Source: a virus | Lineage: Duplodnaviria; Caudoviricetes | Strand: one strand, 5' to 3' | Virus record (IMG/VR): IMGVR_UViG_3300018089_000002 | Coordinates: 1-61,928 of that record | Length of the DNA: 61,928 bases | Part shown: in pieces, positions 17,529 to 28,364 of the stretch | Layout of the letters: every line of letters begins with the position of its first letter | How positions within the stretch are numbered: the first letter of the stretch is position 1 | Program-made: the position numbers and the translations under genes | The notes under the pieces: model-generated | The model's input: the letters and a program-made list of their open reading frames with translations, nothing else | What the model was told of the DNA's origin: nothing | Database searches by the model: none

Positions 17529-18320
17529 TCAGCCGGAAACAGTAGCATCGGCAACGATCGTGGCGACCTCAGCGAACGTGGTTTCGTCCTTGAAGGTGAC
17601 GAACTGAACGCCAGGCTTCTCGACCTTGCCAGTCGGGACGTAGAACGCGGCGGGCCCAGTTTTACCAGGAAGAACCGCGTAGACGCGCTGAATCTGGTTG
17701 GCGTCCGGAACGATGGCATAGTACATGTCTGTTGTCTCGTCCTTCAGGTAATCGTGCACGGGAGGAATAACCACAACTGGATCGGTAGCACCGGATACGT
17801 CCGACAGCCAAGTGCTGTCGAAAACGTCAACATCGTAATTGGGATTCACGTAGCTGAACTGCACCCCGACGATGGGGAAACCATACCGAGACGTGTTGCC
17901 GAGCATAGCCTCCGCAGCGCTGCGCGACGTGATGTCCGCAAGCCACAGCTTCGGACCGGAGCGGATCCCGGCAGCGTGCAGGTGCTGCACGATGAGAGGC
18001 ATCGTCGATTGGTTCGCGTAGAGCGTCGGCCGTCGCTGTCCCGGACGCGCGCACGTGTTGAAGTCGCGTAGCGCGCTGACGTACCAGGCTGGGCACTCTG
18101 CCGGCGTGGCCGCGCCCGTTTCGACGTCGAGCACATCTGCTGTCGGATCGCCCGCATTCCAGTCCTGATCGATCCGGACCGCGCCCGGGAACCGTGCCCA
18201 ATCGGAAGCCGTCCAGCGGATATCGGATGATCCTGTGGTGTATCCGGCGTACGCACCAGCACCTTTTGGCAGATATCCGATAGCCGAGTGCGTTGTGTCG
18301 TATCCGAGAATCGCTGTCAT
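17529..18320 (-). CDS. putative endolysin (GH25-like)
   Basis: ILGYD, LDVETG, PTLYAN, LWLAD, DVDVF motifs; follows tail genes. Confidence 0.7.
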   Translation of the reverse strand: MTAILGYDTTHSAIGYLPKGAGAYAGYTTGSSDIRWTASDWARFPGAVRIDQDWNAGDPTADVLDVETGAATPAECPAWYVSALRDFNTCARPGQRRPTLYANQSTMPLIVQHLHAAGIRSGPKLWLADITSRSAAEAMLGNTSRYGFPIVGVQFSYVNPNYDVDVFDSTWLSDVSGATDPVVVIPPVHDYLKDETTDMYYAIVPDANQIQRVYAVLPGKTGPAAFYVPTGKVEKPGVQFVTFKDETTFAEVATIVADATVSG

Positions 18321-18330
18321 CGTGCTCCGA

Positions 18331-18765
18331 TCAGTTGCCATTGAAAGCGAAAGCCGTGATACCCGTCTGCGATGCGAGCACCTTGTACGTGCCGACGTTC
18401 GCGTCTTTCTCTGCCTGCAACTTGATGGTGTGCGATCCGGCCGCCGACAGAACGAACGTCCAGGCGCGCGCGCACGACGCACGCTCACCCGATGTCAACC
18501 CGAGAAATTGGATGAACCCGGTCTGCGCGCTTCCGTCCACCACACATCGCACCTGGATCTGTGTACTGCCCGATACCGTCGTGCTCTCGCAGTACGCGGA
18601 GCCCGTGACGATGCACGTGCAGTTCGCTACCGGAGTGTTGAATGTGACCGAGCAGTTAGGCACGTCAACGAATGCGTTCGTGAGCGTCTGGTCCCCGCTG
18701 CAATCGGCATCAATACCGAGCATGAATGGGTCGCCCGATCGGACGTTGTTTCCTGCGAAAGGCAT
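18331..18765 (-). CDS. minor tail protein
   Basis: beta-rich ORF at the end of the tail cluster. Confidence 0.65.
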   Translation of the reverse strand: MPFAGNNVRSGDPFMLGIDADCSGDQTLTNAFVDVPNCSVTFNTPVANCTCIVTGSAYCESTTVSGSTQIQVRCVVDGSAQTGFIQFLGLTSGERASCARAWTFVLSAAGSHTIKLQAEKDANVGTYKVLASQTGITAFAFNGN

Positions 18766-18789
18766 CTGTGTCTGTATCCCTTCTTCCGT

Positions 18790-21700
18790 CTACAGCGCGA
18801 TGTCGTAATAGATCGGGGACCAGAGCCCGAGCGCTTCGCCGAGGAGATGAAACTTGAGTACGCCGTTGACAGCTCTGGTAACCGTCATCGTCTGTGGCCA
18901 GGACGATCCGCTGACGGCCGTGACAGTCATCCGTTCGCCTGTGATGCTGATGTCGTAATCGCCGTCTGCGTGCGTCCAGTAGCACAACGAGTTGCTGTCC
19001 GTGATCGTGAGCTGGCTCGTGGTCTGCGCCGTCCTGCTCGCTCCGGTTCCCGAGCCTGAGTAGCCATCCGTCCAGTCCTCCGGATCAAACGGAACCAGGT
19101 TTGAGAACACCGCGCCGATGCCGTCCAGCACTTCTGCTGTGTAGACGGTACCCGAAATGCTCGAGGTCAGCGACGTCCCGGAGCGCGATCCAAGCTGGTA
19201 AAGCGCAGTTGACGGGAAGATGGATATCGGACTTCCGCCTGTGACCGAAGTGCCCAACTGTGTCCAAGAATATCCGTCTGAAGACGTGTAGAACTTCACG
19301 GTGTACCCGCCAGCGCCGTTGTTGGCGTCCAGCGTGAAGCGTACCCAGTGCGTAGTCCCGTCCGTGAAACCTGTTGCTGCGGTTGACGTTGCCTGCACGT
19401 TGGTGGAGCCGTCCGCCGACAGGTAGACGTGCAGATCACCGGCCGTCGTCACGTCGAAGGCCCACGACCGCTGATTGCCTGTGTTCTGGTATTTCGCGAT
19501 GAACGACTGTTCAGTGGCGGGAGTCCAGTCGGTCAGCGAGAGCTGTACGCGGACGTCGAGATCGGCCGAAGCGTTGATGCCCGAATACGACAGCGCTTGC
19601 GAGCCTGTGAATTCAGCCTTCTGCCTGGACAACGGCACGGCAACAGTCGTCGTCTCTCCGTCGTACTTGCATATCCCGTCGTCGTAAGAGCCTGTGTTCC
19701 ACGGTTCGGCAGGCGTACCGACAAATGCGATCTTCCAAGAGAAGGCGTTCAGCGTCTCCGTGTAGCCGACCACAATCTGATTGATGCTGTCGGGAGGCAT
19801 CTGGGTGCTCGGCGGATTGGTGATGGAGAGCACGTCACCGATGTTGACGGCTATCGCCTGGTTCAGTTTCGTTGAGTTGTTGATGAAGTTGGTGCGCAAC
19901 ATGTTGATCAGGATGGACGGATATCGATAACCGGGATACGTGCCTCTGTGTACCATCCATGCCGCGATGTCCGTCAACTGCACATCGTATGCCGTGTTAA
20001 TCGTGGCGCTCGTGTCGTATGTGCCGATGCCGTTCGGGGGATCCTGGATCGACAGCGCACCGGAGTTGAGCGTGTAGCGACCGGACGCGCCCGCAGAACT
20101 CGACGCAGTGACGTCGTTCGTGACGAACTGATCGTCCTGCGTCGGCGCGAACGTGGAGAAGTCAGCGCTGGGGAAGTCCAACACCAGCGCTGGTGTCTGA
20201 TACTCGAGGTTTTCCCGCGTGCGGTAGCCGACAGCGAGGTTGCTTCTCCGCGTGTAGAGGAGTCCCCCGTCCGTGGCTTCGCATTCCTGCATCAGCCCGA
20301 TCATCGTGTTCGTGAGCTGATAGCCCATCGGACTCGTCAGCGTCGGGTCACCGAGCAGACTGAACACGTAGCCCTTCTGCCCGCACAGTCGACTCAGCCG
20401 GATACCAGCAGTCTCACCGAAGTACGCGAACAGTGCGTCACTCAGGTCAAACGAACTCGTGATCTGCGCCTGAACAGTGATGTGCCCGATCGTGATACCG
20501 GCGAGCGAGTAATCGGGATTGATCGCGACCCACGTAGCGGCACCGATCGACTGTCCCGTAACGGTTCCGCCGATGTCCAGTCCCGTAGTCTGTCCCGGCT
20601 GAAGTATGGACAACGAATAGTTGACGTCACTTCCGCTGTTGCCCATCGCCAGCGAAAGACGAAATGCCTTGCCAATCACGCCGAACGTCGCTGACGTGTC
20701 ATGCAAGACGTTCGCCCCGCTGGTGTCAAAGGCATCGACCGTCAAAGTGCCCACGTTGTTGCTGCGGATCTCCCACCTGGTCACTGTTCCGCCGCACAGC
20801 AGTGTGCAGATCCGTGTCGTTGATGGGATAGAGCCTGCCGGGATGTTGATCAGGAATCGGAATTGAATCATGCCGGTATCGGCGTACCGCGTTACCGGAC
20901 CTGCGAGCGCGGCTGTCGTTCCGAGCGTCAGCAGCGGTGCAGAGCACACGAACGATGTGGAGTCGTTGGCCAGGTTCGGGTTTCCGTTGACGAATTGCAA
21001 CGGCGTACCACCCGGGTACTGTGTAGAAACCTGCGTCGCGTACTTGCCGTCTTCACAAGGCCAGTATGAAACCAGGTGCGACAGCGGAGACACAACGCTC
21101 GTGCACGCGAAGTTATACGCGGACTTCGCCTGTTTCCCGCCCTGGCCTGCGCGACGGAACACGTCGTTGCACACGATGCTCGTGACGACGTCTCGTGCGG
21201 ACGTGTCCCATGTCGTGGGGAAGTCGGAGACGACTCCCCAGAACCGGTAGTTGCCCGCTACCGAGACACGTACCTCCGTGTTCCGCCCGAACTGCCCGAA
21301 CCACGGGCCAACTGGATTGCTCGGGCTGAATCGTCCATCGCGGTTGTTGACCAGGAACGTGCAGGATGCGCTGCTCGCTGTCGATGACTCGTTCGCACGA
21401 CCGCGCGTGATGGTGGTGGCCTCGCGCTGGTAGACGTACGTCGTGATGTCCGTCCACACTCCGCCGATCAGCAGCTCGTATTTCAGTGACAGCGGGAGCA
21501 GGCTGAAACTCGTCAGCGTCGTGGTGACGCTGTCCGTCACGCCAACGGCATCGGTGAACGTGTAGGTATGTCCGGAGCCGACGCCAGCGTCACTGATACC
21601 TGCGGAGTCCGTGAACGTGAGCACGTTCGCCGGCCGCGTTATCTCCGTGCTGGTTCCGAGGTTCTGCCGGATGTCGTCGTACGTCCATGCCGCGATGTTG

Positions 21701-22272
21701 GCGCTTGAGCCCTTGCCGTAGCGGACGCGCGTTATCGTGCTGGACGTGGTGAACGACGACACGGTGAGTGTGTCGAGCGCGGTTCCGCTTGAGATCGAGT
21801 AGAGCTTGTACGTCGATGTCCCGCTCGCGCCGTTCAGCCCGGATCCGGTCCAGGTGATCCAGTACCACGTAGCCGTTGACAGCGTTACGGCCGACGTCCC
21901 GAGCGTCGCACCACCCACGATGCGGATGAGTCCGGTCGTGGTCATCTGCAACCGCAGGACGTGCGTGTCCGTGCTGCTGCGCACACCTACCGGGAATTGT
22001 GCTTCGGCATCGGGCAGACCAGTCATGTAGAAGAAGAACCCGACGCTGAACGCCGTCGCGCTGCTGTCGTCCATCGCGACGTAGCACAAGTTCGCGCCCG
22101 TTGCCTGCGTCGATGTGATGGATAAGAATCCGTGCCAGATCGGGGAGTTCGTGTAGTTGATGGTCCCGCCCGATCCCGGCGAGACGACGGACAGCGTGTC
22201 CGGGCTGGCATCCGATGTCGTGACACCGGTGCCGTTGCTGCCCGCTTCAGCGGTAAAGCTCTTAAGTGTCAT
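18790..22272 (-). CDS. large minor tail/baseplate protein with LamG-like domains
   Basis: ELLIGGVWTDIT, NRDGRFSP, YWPCED; Thr/Ser-rich beta-sandwich segments. Confidence 0.8.
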   Translation of the reverse strand: MTLKSFTAEAGSNGTGVTTSDASPDTLSVVSPGSGGTINYTNSPIWHGFLSITSTQATGANLCYVAMDDSSATAFSVGFFFYMTGLPDAEAQFPVGVRSSTDTHVLRLQMTTTGLIRIVGGATLGTSAVTLSTATWYWITWTGSGLNGASGTSTYKLYSISSGTALDTLTVSSFTTSSTITRVRYGKGSSANIAAWTYDDIRQNLGTSTEITRPANVLTFTDSAGISDAGVGSGHTYTFTDAVGVTDSVTTTLTSFSLLPLSLKYELLIGGVWTDITTYVYQREATTITRGRANESSTASSASCTFLVNNRDGRFSPSNPVGPWFGQFGRNTEVRVSVAGNYRFWGVVSDFPTTWDTSARDVVTSIVCNDVFRRAGQGGKQAKSAYNFACTSVVSPLSHLVSYWPCEDGKYATQVSTQYPGGTPLQFVNGNPNLANDSTSFVCSAPLLTLGTTAALAGPVTRYADTGMIQFRFLINIPAGSIPSTTRICTLLCGGTVTRWEIRSNNVGTLTVDAFDTSGANVLHDTSATFGVIGKAFRLSLAMGNSGSDVNYSLSILQPGQTTGLDIGGTVTGQSIGAATWVAINPDYSLAGITIGHITVQAQITSSFDLSDALFAYFGETAGIRLSRLCGQKGYVFSLLGDPTLTSPMGYQLTNTMIGLMQECEATDGGLLYTRRSNLAVGYRTRENLEYQTPALVLDFPSADFSTFAPTQDDQFVTNDVTASSSAGASGRYTLNSGALSIQDPPNGIGTYDTSATINTAYDVQLTDIAAWMVHRGTYPGYRYPSILINMLRTNFINNSTKLNQAIAVNIGDVLSITNPPSTQMPPDSINQIVVGYTETLNAFSWKIAFVGTPAEPWNTGSYDDGICKYDGETTTVAVPLSRQKAEFTGSQALSYSGINASADLDVRVQLSLTDWTPATEQSFIAKYQNTGNQRSWAFDVTTAGDLHVYLSADGSTNVQATSTAATGFTDGTTHWVRFTLDANNGAGGYTVKFYTSSDGYSWTQLGTSVTGGSPISIFPSTALYQLGSRSGTSLTSSISGTVYTAEVLDGIGAVFSNLVPFDPEDWTDGYSGSGTGASRTAQTTSQLTITDSNSLCYWTHADGDYDISITGERMTVTAVSGSSWPQTMTVTRAVNGVLKFHLLGEALGLWSPIYYDIAL

Positions 22273-23234
22273 GGCGTATGAATCGTGATAGCCGAAGAGT
22301 CGTCGTACAGGTTGCCACTCTGCGTCCAGGTGGCGCCGTGGTAGAAATCGAGTGTGTATCCGGCGTAGTACGTGGTGCCCTTGCCGAAGATGTTGTTAGT
22401 CCAGGTGCCGATGTTGTTGCCGTTGTTCCCGCTGGATGATGCGTTGACGGCAATCTCTGAGCCATAGAACCAGTTTTTGTCCACGAATGTATTCGTGATT
22501 GCGCCGACGTTCGGCGTATACATCATGTTGCTCACGTTGTGGTGCAGCGGATCCTTGACCGTGGTCAGGTTCAGCCGGCCCCAGGGACTCGTCCCAATCG
22601 ATGTGTTGTAGTAACCGTGAATGTAGTTGCCGAGCACCTGCATGTTGGCACCACCTTGGATCTGAATACCGTCCGAGTGGGTGCCGTCGCTCTGGTTCGG
22701 ATCTGGATACCACCAACCGAAGTTCGTGACGTAGCACATCTGGATCGTGACGCCAAGGTCCCCGGTCGGGTCACTGGTGTTGTACACACCAAACCCGTCC
22801 GCGCAGTACTGCACATTGCAGCGTGTCGCTGTGTAGTGGTGTCCGATGATGCCGTCCTGCCACAGCGTAGGTGTGGTAGGAATCATCGTGCAGTCTTCCG
22901 CGATCACGTTCGTCACGTTGGCGTTCGTGCAGTCCAAGCATGCCGTGTTGCTCGTGAGCGCGCCATTGCCGTAGAACCAGCAGTTTTTGAAGTACTTCCG
23001 TCCAGAGCTGTTGACCTTGACGCGACCGTGAAAATCGTAGTTGATCCAGTTCTCGTCGCCCGGAGTACTGAGCGTCAGATCCCCGGTATGCGACGTGCGC
23101 GTGATCGTGACGGAGCTGACGGTTCCTGTGTTGGTGCCGTCTGGTTGCACAACACCATACGTGGTTGGTCGTCCCGCGTACGGATCCGACAGCGGGAAGC
23201 CAACGATGATGGTGCGCTTCGTGGTGGATGTCAT
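22269..23234 (-). CDS. parallel beta-helix tail protein (putative depolymerase)
   Basis: Asn-ladder repeats, HSDGIQIQGG. Confidence 0.7.
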   Translation of the reverse strand: MTSTTKRTIIVGFPLSDPYAGRPTTYGVVQPDGTNTGTVSSVTITRTSHTGDLTLSTPGDENWINYDFHGRVKVNSSGRKYFKNCWFYGNGALTSNTACLDCTNANVTNVIAEDCTMIPTTPTLWQDGIIGHHYTATRCNVQYCADGFGVYNTSDPTGDLGVTIQMCYVTNFGWWYPDPNQSDGTHSDGIQIQGGANMQVLGNYIHGYYNTSIGTSPWGRLNLTTVKDPLHHNVSNMMYTPNVGAITNTFVDKNWFYGSEIAVNASSSGNNGNNIGTWTNNIFGKGTTYYAGYTLDFYHGATWTQSGNLYDDSSAITIHTP

Positions 23235-23238
23235 CGCG

Positions 23239-23880
23239 TCACGCGCCGAGAAAAACGTTGTTCCAGATGATGGTCAGAATCTCCGTCGACGTCTTGTTCT
23301 CGGCTGTGAACGTAACTCGCGCGTACGTGTTCGCGCTGGTGCTCGTGGCATCCGTTCCGGAGTCGTTGACGAGCACGGCTTCCGTGATGGCGCTGTTCGT
23401 CGCCGTGCCGGCCGCCCACGTCGTCTGGTACGTGGTCTGCCAGCCTGTGTCTACGCCAGCGACGGCCGCACCTTGAGGGAACGTCGCGTCGAACGCTGCG
23501 TTGCTGCCCGAGATGTACGATCCGAGCGCACTGTTCGTGCTGGACTTCGTCGGCGTGGCTGTTCCGGTGCCGAGTTTCATGCCATTTACCAGCGTCGGCG
23601 CAGACGGAGCCGCAGGACTCACGCCTGAGATGACCTTCTTGGCGTGGTACTGATCGCCAGCCGTCGTCACCAGGTTGCGGAACTGACGGATCCGTTCCCT
23701 GCCCGTTTCCGCATCACGAACAACCACGAGTCCGTAACCACGGACGATCGTGAAGTCCGTCAGTCCGCAGCGCTCAGCGGCGTGCTGCCGAGCAATCCTG
23801 GCCTCTCGGACGATCCTCTTCTGCGCTGACTCGAGCGATGACGACACAAGGTCACTACGCTGGTAGCTCAACGGTTCCAT
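23239..23880 (-). CDS. tail/baseplate structural protein
   Basis: NLVTTAG, MKLGTG, ITEAVL motifs; directly after tape measure gene. Confidence 0.65.
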   Translation of the reverse strand: MEPLSYQRSDLVSSSLESAQKRIVREARIARQHAAERCGLTDFTIVRGYGLVVVRDAETGRERIRQFRNLVTTAGDQYHAKKVISGVSPAAPSAPTLVNGMKLGTGTATPTKSSTNSALGSYISGSNAAFDATFPQGAAVAGVDTGWQTTYQTTWAAGTATNSAITEAVLVNDSGTDATSTSANTYARVTFTAENKTSTEILTIIWNNVFLGA

Positions 23881-23894
23881 TGCTGCCTCGTCAC

Positions 23895-26879
23895 TTATGC
23901 GTGTCCGGCGAAAAGAACTTGAACGTTTCCGTTTCCATTGGTTCGTACGATCTTGCGAATGAGTTGCAGGAAGATGGCTTGTGCCTCCGTCGAGCCACAG
24001 AGTTCGATCTTGATTGCGTCGCCACCTGAGGCGCTATGGCTCTGCCCCGGTGCCAGCACTCGTTCGGGCTGTCCCGTGCCGTTGTAGGCCATGCTGAGCC
24101 CCGTAGGCAGCCATCCTCCGGAGTCGTACCCACCTGGACGCGCGAGTGCTGCGAGCGAGCCGTAGCGGTGCAGCGCGTAGTTCAGGCCTGCGTAGGTGTT
24201 CGCCAACGGGTTGACGCTAACCCCGTACAGGAATGGACCGGTGTTGCGGAACGGACCGGCGTATGCCCGGAACGTCGGGCCGATGACCTGCATAAGGCTG
24301 ACGCTCGGCGTGCCTGCGAGCCAGTTGGCATCCCACTTGTTGACGACCATCGGATCTCCGCCGCTTTCGCGGTTCATCCTGGACTCGACCGTGCCGAGCC
24401 AGCCGGCGGACTGCCCGAGCATCGCCAGCGCGGTCAGGATCGTGCTGGCCCAGCGAGCAGCTCCGCCGCCCCCTCCGCCTCCGCCCCCGATCGCCGCGAG
24501 CGAACCGATGTTGTTCATGATCGCGCGTTCGGCCGCCACGGTGGCGTTGTCCCGGTAGCGCGCGAGCAGGTCCAGACCGACCACGCCGCCTGATGCGAAC
24601 CGATCCGCGTTGATGCTCTCGAGCAGTGCGCGGTGCTTCTGCGACGACGAAGAGTTGACGATGTACTCGCCGTCGCTCGCCCAGATCAGATTGCTGTCGC
24701 TCGTTCCGGTCCCCTGCCCTCGGAACATGCCCCCGCTCGCGAAGCCCTTTCGGCCGACGTGTCCGGGTTGCGTCTGCTGGAGGAACTGCGCCGTCACGTT
24801 AACGGCGACGTGTCGCGTGATGCCGTTCAGTGCGTTGTTCACGCCGTCTTTGAACCTGTCGAACTGCTGTGCTGCGGCGCGCAGCTTTCCTCCGACGCCC
24901 GGCACCCAGCCGAGCATGTTCGCTGCGCCATGGATGACGATTCCGACCATGTTCAGGAACACGTTGACGATGAACGACACGCCTGCACGGAACAGGTCTT
25001 TGAGGAAGTCCCATTGCGCACGGAAGATATCAGAGATGGAATGCCAAACCTGAATACCGATGTCTTCGATGTCGTGCATCGCTTTGGACCAATGCCCGGT
25101 CATAAGATCGAGCCATACCTGGAACACACCGACAATGATGTCCCACACGATTTTAAGGATGTCAATGATCGTAGTCCACGTGACTTGCAGGGCTGCGACC
25201 ATGACAGTCCATGCAAGCTTGAATATCGCAATCATATTGTCCCAGAACGCGGACCACAGCGGTTCAATAATGCCGATTGCTGTTTTGAACACTACCAGGA
25301 TGATTGCCCAGTTGGTCTGAATCAGTGGACGGATGAATGCCCAGGCGACACTAAGCGTATCAGTGACAGTTGACCATAGATTGTGCCAGAGTTGTTCGAT
25401 CTCTCCACCGTAGGACTTCCACCACTTAGTGAGAGAATCCCATAGAGACTGTATTCCGTGTTCGATTGGCTTAAGGACGTTTCCGTCAAGCCACTTCCAC
25501 GCTGCTTGCGCAGCATCGACGATGTCTTTCCATAGCGTCTTCCAGAAGTTCCGGAAGTCAGCCGACTTGTTCCACAGAACGATGAACGCGGCGACCAAAC
25601 CAACGATTGCCAGGCCCACCAATATTATAGGGTTGGCATCCATCACAAGATTGAATGCGGCCTGTGCGAACGTCCATGTTTTGGTAGCGATCTCAACAGT
25701 CTTAATGATCGCAGCGAGTATCCCGATTGCGCCAACCAACGGAAGAATGACCATCGCAACATCGCCGAGCACGCTGGCATGTTCAGCGAATGCCTTCGCT
25801 ACTGCTGTCACGACCGGAAGTAGTTGTGTTCCTAGCTCAATCAGCAACGTTGTTACAGCTGAACCTACTGCATCTAGTTGAAATTTGAGTGTCTTCTGAA
25901 TCAGTGAGAAGCCTTCAACGTTCCCCTTGGCGTCGGCACTCGCGCCGGCAATGCCCTTGATCGCCTCTTGCGTTGATTTGGCGTTCTCACCTGTCGTCAT
26001 GAGCGCAACGTTCATGCCCGTTGCGGTTCCCATAAGCTCCCGCAGCGCGCCAGCATACGTCGTGCCGATCTTGTCGTGCCCTTGCATCGCGAGTTGCGAG
26101 ATCCATTGAAGCGTGCCGGCAAGGCCTTGCTGTGAAAGGTGTTGGTTCAGTTCCTCTACGCTTGCACCGGCTTTCATGAAGGCGCCAACCTGTTTCGACG
26201 TTGGTCCCTCGAGCGAGCGGATGGCGTTGGCGATGTTCTGTGACGCACGCTGTGCCGTCATGCCGTGCGCAGTCATCTCGGCTTCAACACCCGCAACGTC
26301 AGCGAACTTCAGATGCACGGCTGACGCTAGCGGCAGGATGTTGGCGAGAGACACGCTGAAGTTGTCGAAGTTCGTTTTACCGTATGACACAGCCTTGACC
26401 ATCTGGCTTGTAACGTTCGCTGCCTGGTCTGCCTTCAGGTGATAGTCAACGAGGATATCGGTAACCGCGTTGGCGACGTGTGCCAGATCTGCGTTCTCAT
26501 CCTTGGCGCCCTGCGCAGCGGCTTTCAGGACCGTCAGTCCAGCGGCGCCGTGAAAGCCAGCCGACTCGACCGTGTACATGCCCTTGGCAAGTTCGGTCGC
26601 GCTGAATCCGACTTCGGATGCCATCTTCAGCATGCCCTGCCGAACGAGGTTCAGGTTCGACTGCTGCTCACCAGCAGACGTAACGAGACGCGCAGTAGCG
26701 TTCTGGTAGTCGCCTGCCATCTTGATAGAGATGGCTCCGATGGCAGCGACGGCAGCACCACCGACCAAGCCTGTGTTGACGAGCGACGTCTTAAGGCTTT
26801 GGCCTTCAGCCTCAACCTCTTTGAGTACGCCGTGCGCAGCGTTGCGCGCGGTAATGACAACTTCTACAACATTCGGCAC
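23895..26879 (-). CDS. tape measure protein with C-terminal lytic transglycosylase
   Basis: TP901-like core, Trp-periodic repeats, RESGGDP..LMQVI..TF. Confidence 0.92.
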   Translation of the reverse strand: MPNVVEVVITARNAAHGVLKEVEAEGQSLKTSLVNTGLVGGAAVAAIGAISIKMAGDYQNATARLVTSAGEQQSNLNLVRQGMLKMASEVGFSATELAKGMYTVESAGFHGAAGLTVLKAAAQGAKDENADLAHVANAVTDILVDYHLKADQAANVTSQMVKAVSYGKTNFDNFSVSLANILPLASAVHLKFADVAGVEAEMTAHGMTAQRASQNIANAIRSLEGPTSKQVGAFMKAGASVEELNQHLSQQGLAGTLQWISQLAMQGHDKIGTTYAGALRELMGTATGMNVALMTTGENAKSTQEAIKGIAGASADAKGNVEGFSLIQKTLKFQLDAVGSAVTTLLIELGTQLLPVVTAVAKAFAEHASVLGDVAMVILPLVGAIGILAAIIKTVEIATKTWTFAQAAFNLVMDANPIILVGLAIVGLVAAFIVLWNKSADFRNFWKTLWKDIVDAAQAAWKWLDGNVLKPIEHGIQSLWDSLTKWWKSYGGEIEQLWHNLWSTVTDTLSVAWAFIRPLIQTNWAIILVVFKTAIGIIEPLWSAFWDNMIAIFKLAWTVMVAALQVTWTTIIDILKIVWDIIVGVFQVWLDLMTGHWSKAMHDIEDIGIQVWHSISDIFRAQWDFLKDLFRAGVSFIVNVFLNMVGIVIHGAANMLGWVPGVGGKLRAAAQQFDRFKDGVNNALNGITRHVAVNVTAQFLQQTQPGHVGRKGFASGGMFRGQGTGTSDSNLIWASDGEYIVNSSSSQKHRALLESINADRFASGGVVGLDLLARYRDNATVAAERAIMNNIGSLAAIGGGGGGGGGAARWASTILTALAMLGQSAGWLGTVESRMNRESGGDPMVVNKWDANWLAGTPSVSLMQVIGPTFRAYAGPFRNTGPFLYGVSVNPLANTYAGLNYALHRYGSLAALARPGGYDSGGWLPTGLSMAYNGTGQPERVLAPGQSHSASGGDAIKIELCGSTEAQAIFLQLIRKIVRTNGNGNVQVLFAGHA

Positions 26880-26894
26880 AGACTGCCTTGCTTT

Positions 26895-27469
26895 CTAGTA
26901 GAAGTCAATCGGATTCATGCTCTGCGCGTTTTCGTCCTTTGGATTGCCTAGCTCTTGGATCTTTAGATAACGCAACACTTCTGCGTCTTCTCGCATGATT
27001 TCAGACGGTAAGCACTTGAACCTGTCGCACAAACCAATGACGACATTCGCCTCACGAAGTTCTACAGGTTCTGTGACGAGGCGTCCATCAGACGTAACAG
27101 ATCCTCCGAAGTCGCGCCATCGGATGAGTTCTCGTTCAAAGGGCTATCAGTGGACGTAATCGCCCTGAACCATCCGCCGATCAACTTGAGCACGAAGTCA
27201 ACGTCTTGGTCCTTGAGGGATTCATACGTAGCCGGGATCGGCGTACCGTCCTCTTCCTCAAGGTTCCAGGAAACGAGAGCCTGCCCGAACACCTTGAACT
27301 GAGTTTCAGTGTCGATGTCCGAGAAGGTCTGACTCTTGAGATTCGAGGCAACGCTCGTAATCGCAAGCATTTCGCCGAGCTTGAGGGATGTTGCGTATGC
27401 CTCGAAACCTTCGTACTCCGAATCGGCGAAGGTGATGCGGAACAGCTTCGTAGACTTGCGGAAACCCAT
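26895..27469 (-). CDS. tail assembly chaperone; G form ends 27062, GT form via -1 frameshift
   Basis: slippery C CCT TTG at 27143-27137; -1 frame open to 26895 with LCDRFKCLPSE. Confidence 0.8.
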
Positions 27470-27489
27470 GATTTACCTTGTCTGCTCGA

Positions 27490-27909
27490 TCAGGTCCAGG
27501 AGGGCGGCGTACCGTCCTGCAACACTCCGGGCGCCTGCCACGTCAGAGCACCGCCAGCGGCGCGAGTGATTTGGTAGTCCGTGTAGAGCGCGTTCACCTG
27601 AAGGTACGGAGACGCACCGCTCGATGCAGTCGGCGCAATCTTCGTGACGCGCGTCGCGCTGGTGCTCGCAACGTCCTTGAAAACAGGGTGGCTCGCACCG
27701 GCCGCAGAGTTGAACACACCATTCAGCGTGTTCGTGTAGTCCGCGAGCAGGAGCAACGCTTCCTTCGCAGACTTGTCAACACCTGTGATGTCTTCGACAG
27801 CGCGCGGAGTGGTGAACGTGAAGTTCGTGACGTCGTTGGAAATGGTCTGCGTGACCGCGCTGGAATCTTGCACCGTCACCAGAGCGCCAAGACCACTGAT
27901 TTTCGCCAT
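27490..27909 (-). CDS. major tail (tube) protein
   Basis: immediately upstream of chaperone and TMP; DITGVDKSAKE loop. Confidence 0.75.
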   Translation of the reverse strand: MAKISGLGALVTVQDSSAVTQTISNDVTNFTFTTPRAVEDITGVDKSAKEALLLLADYTNTLNGVFNSAAGASHPVFKDVASTSATRVTKIAPTASSGASPYLQVNALYTDYQITRAAGGALTWQAPGVLQDGTPPSWT

Positions 27910-27917
27910 TGGCTGAC

Positions 27918-28364
27918 CTAGCCCTTTTCTCGATCGTGTCGAACCTTGTCAAGTGATTCCTGGAAATTCTCGATCCAGTGCTCAGGCTTCGTGTGCAGCG
28001 TGCGCGTGCCGAGCGGATTGCCCCGCTGGTCTCCACCACGAGCGACGTAGAGCGCCGGCCGATCCGAGCGGACCAGATGCCTGCCGAAGCAGCGGTTGCC
28101 CGGAGGGAACAGGAAGCGGGTCAATCCGTTGGGCAGCCTCTCTTCGGTGCAGGTGCGCGTGTTGTCGTGACGCATGTAGTGCGCCCGCGCGGCCCCGCCG
28201 AGTGCTCTGCGGTCACTCTCGTCAATGTCGAGGAAGAACCCGTTCAGGTACGCCTCACAGTCGTCTTCCTCGCACGTGCCCGGACGCCAGTGCGTATCCA
28301 GTGGTGCGCGGATCGCGAACGTCTGGAATGCTTGCGGCGGAAGGATCCTGTTGGCGCGGTTCAT
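27918..28364 (-). CDS. conserved hypothetical protein in tail cluster
   Basis: MNRANRILPP.. start overlaps upstream stop; Cys/His motifs. Confidence 0.65.
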   Translation of the reverse strand: MNRANRILPPQAFQTFAIRAPLDTHWRPGTCEEDDCEAYLNGFFLDIDESDRRALGGAARAHYMRHDNTRTCTEERLPNGLTRFLFPPGNRCFGRHLVRSDRPALYVARGGDQRGNPLGTRTLHTKPEHWIENFQESLDKVRHDREKG

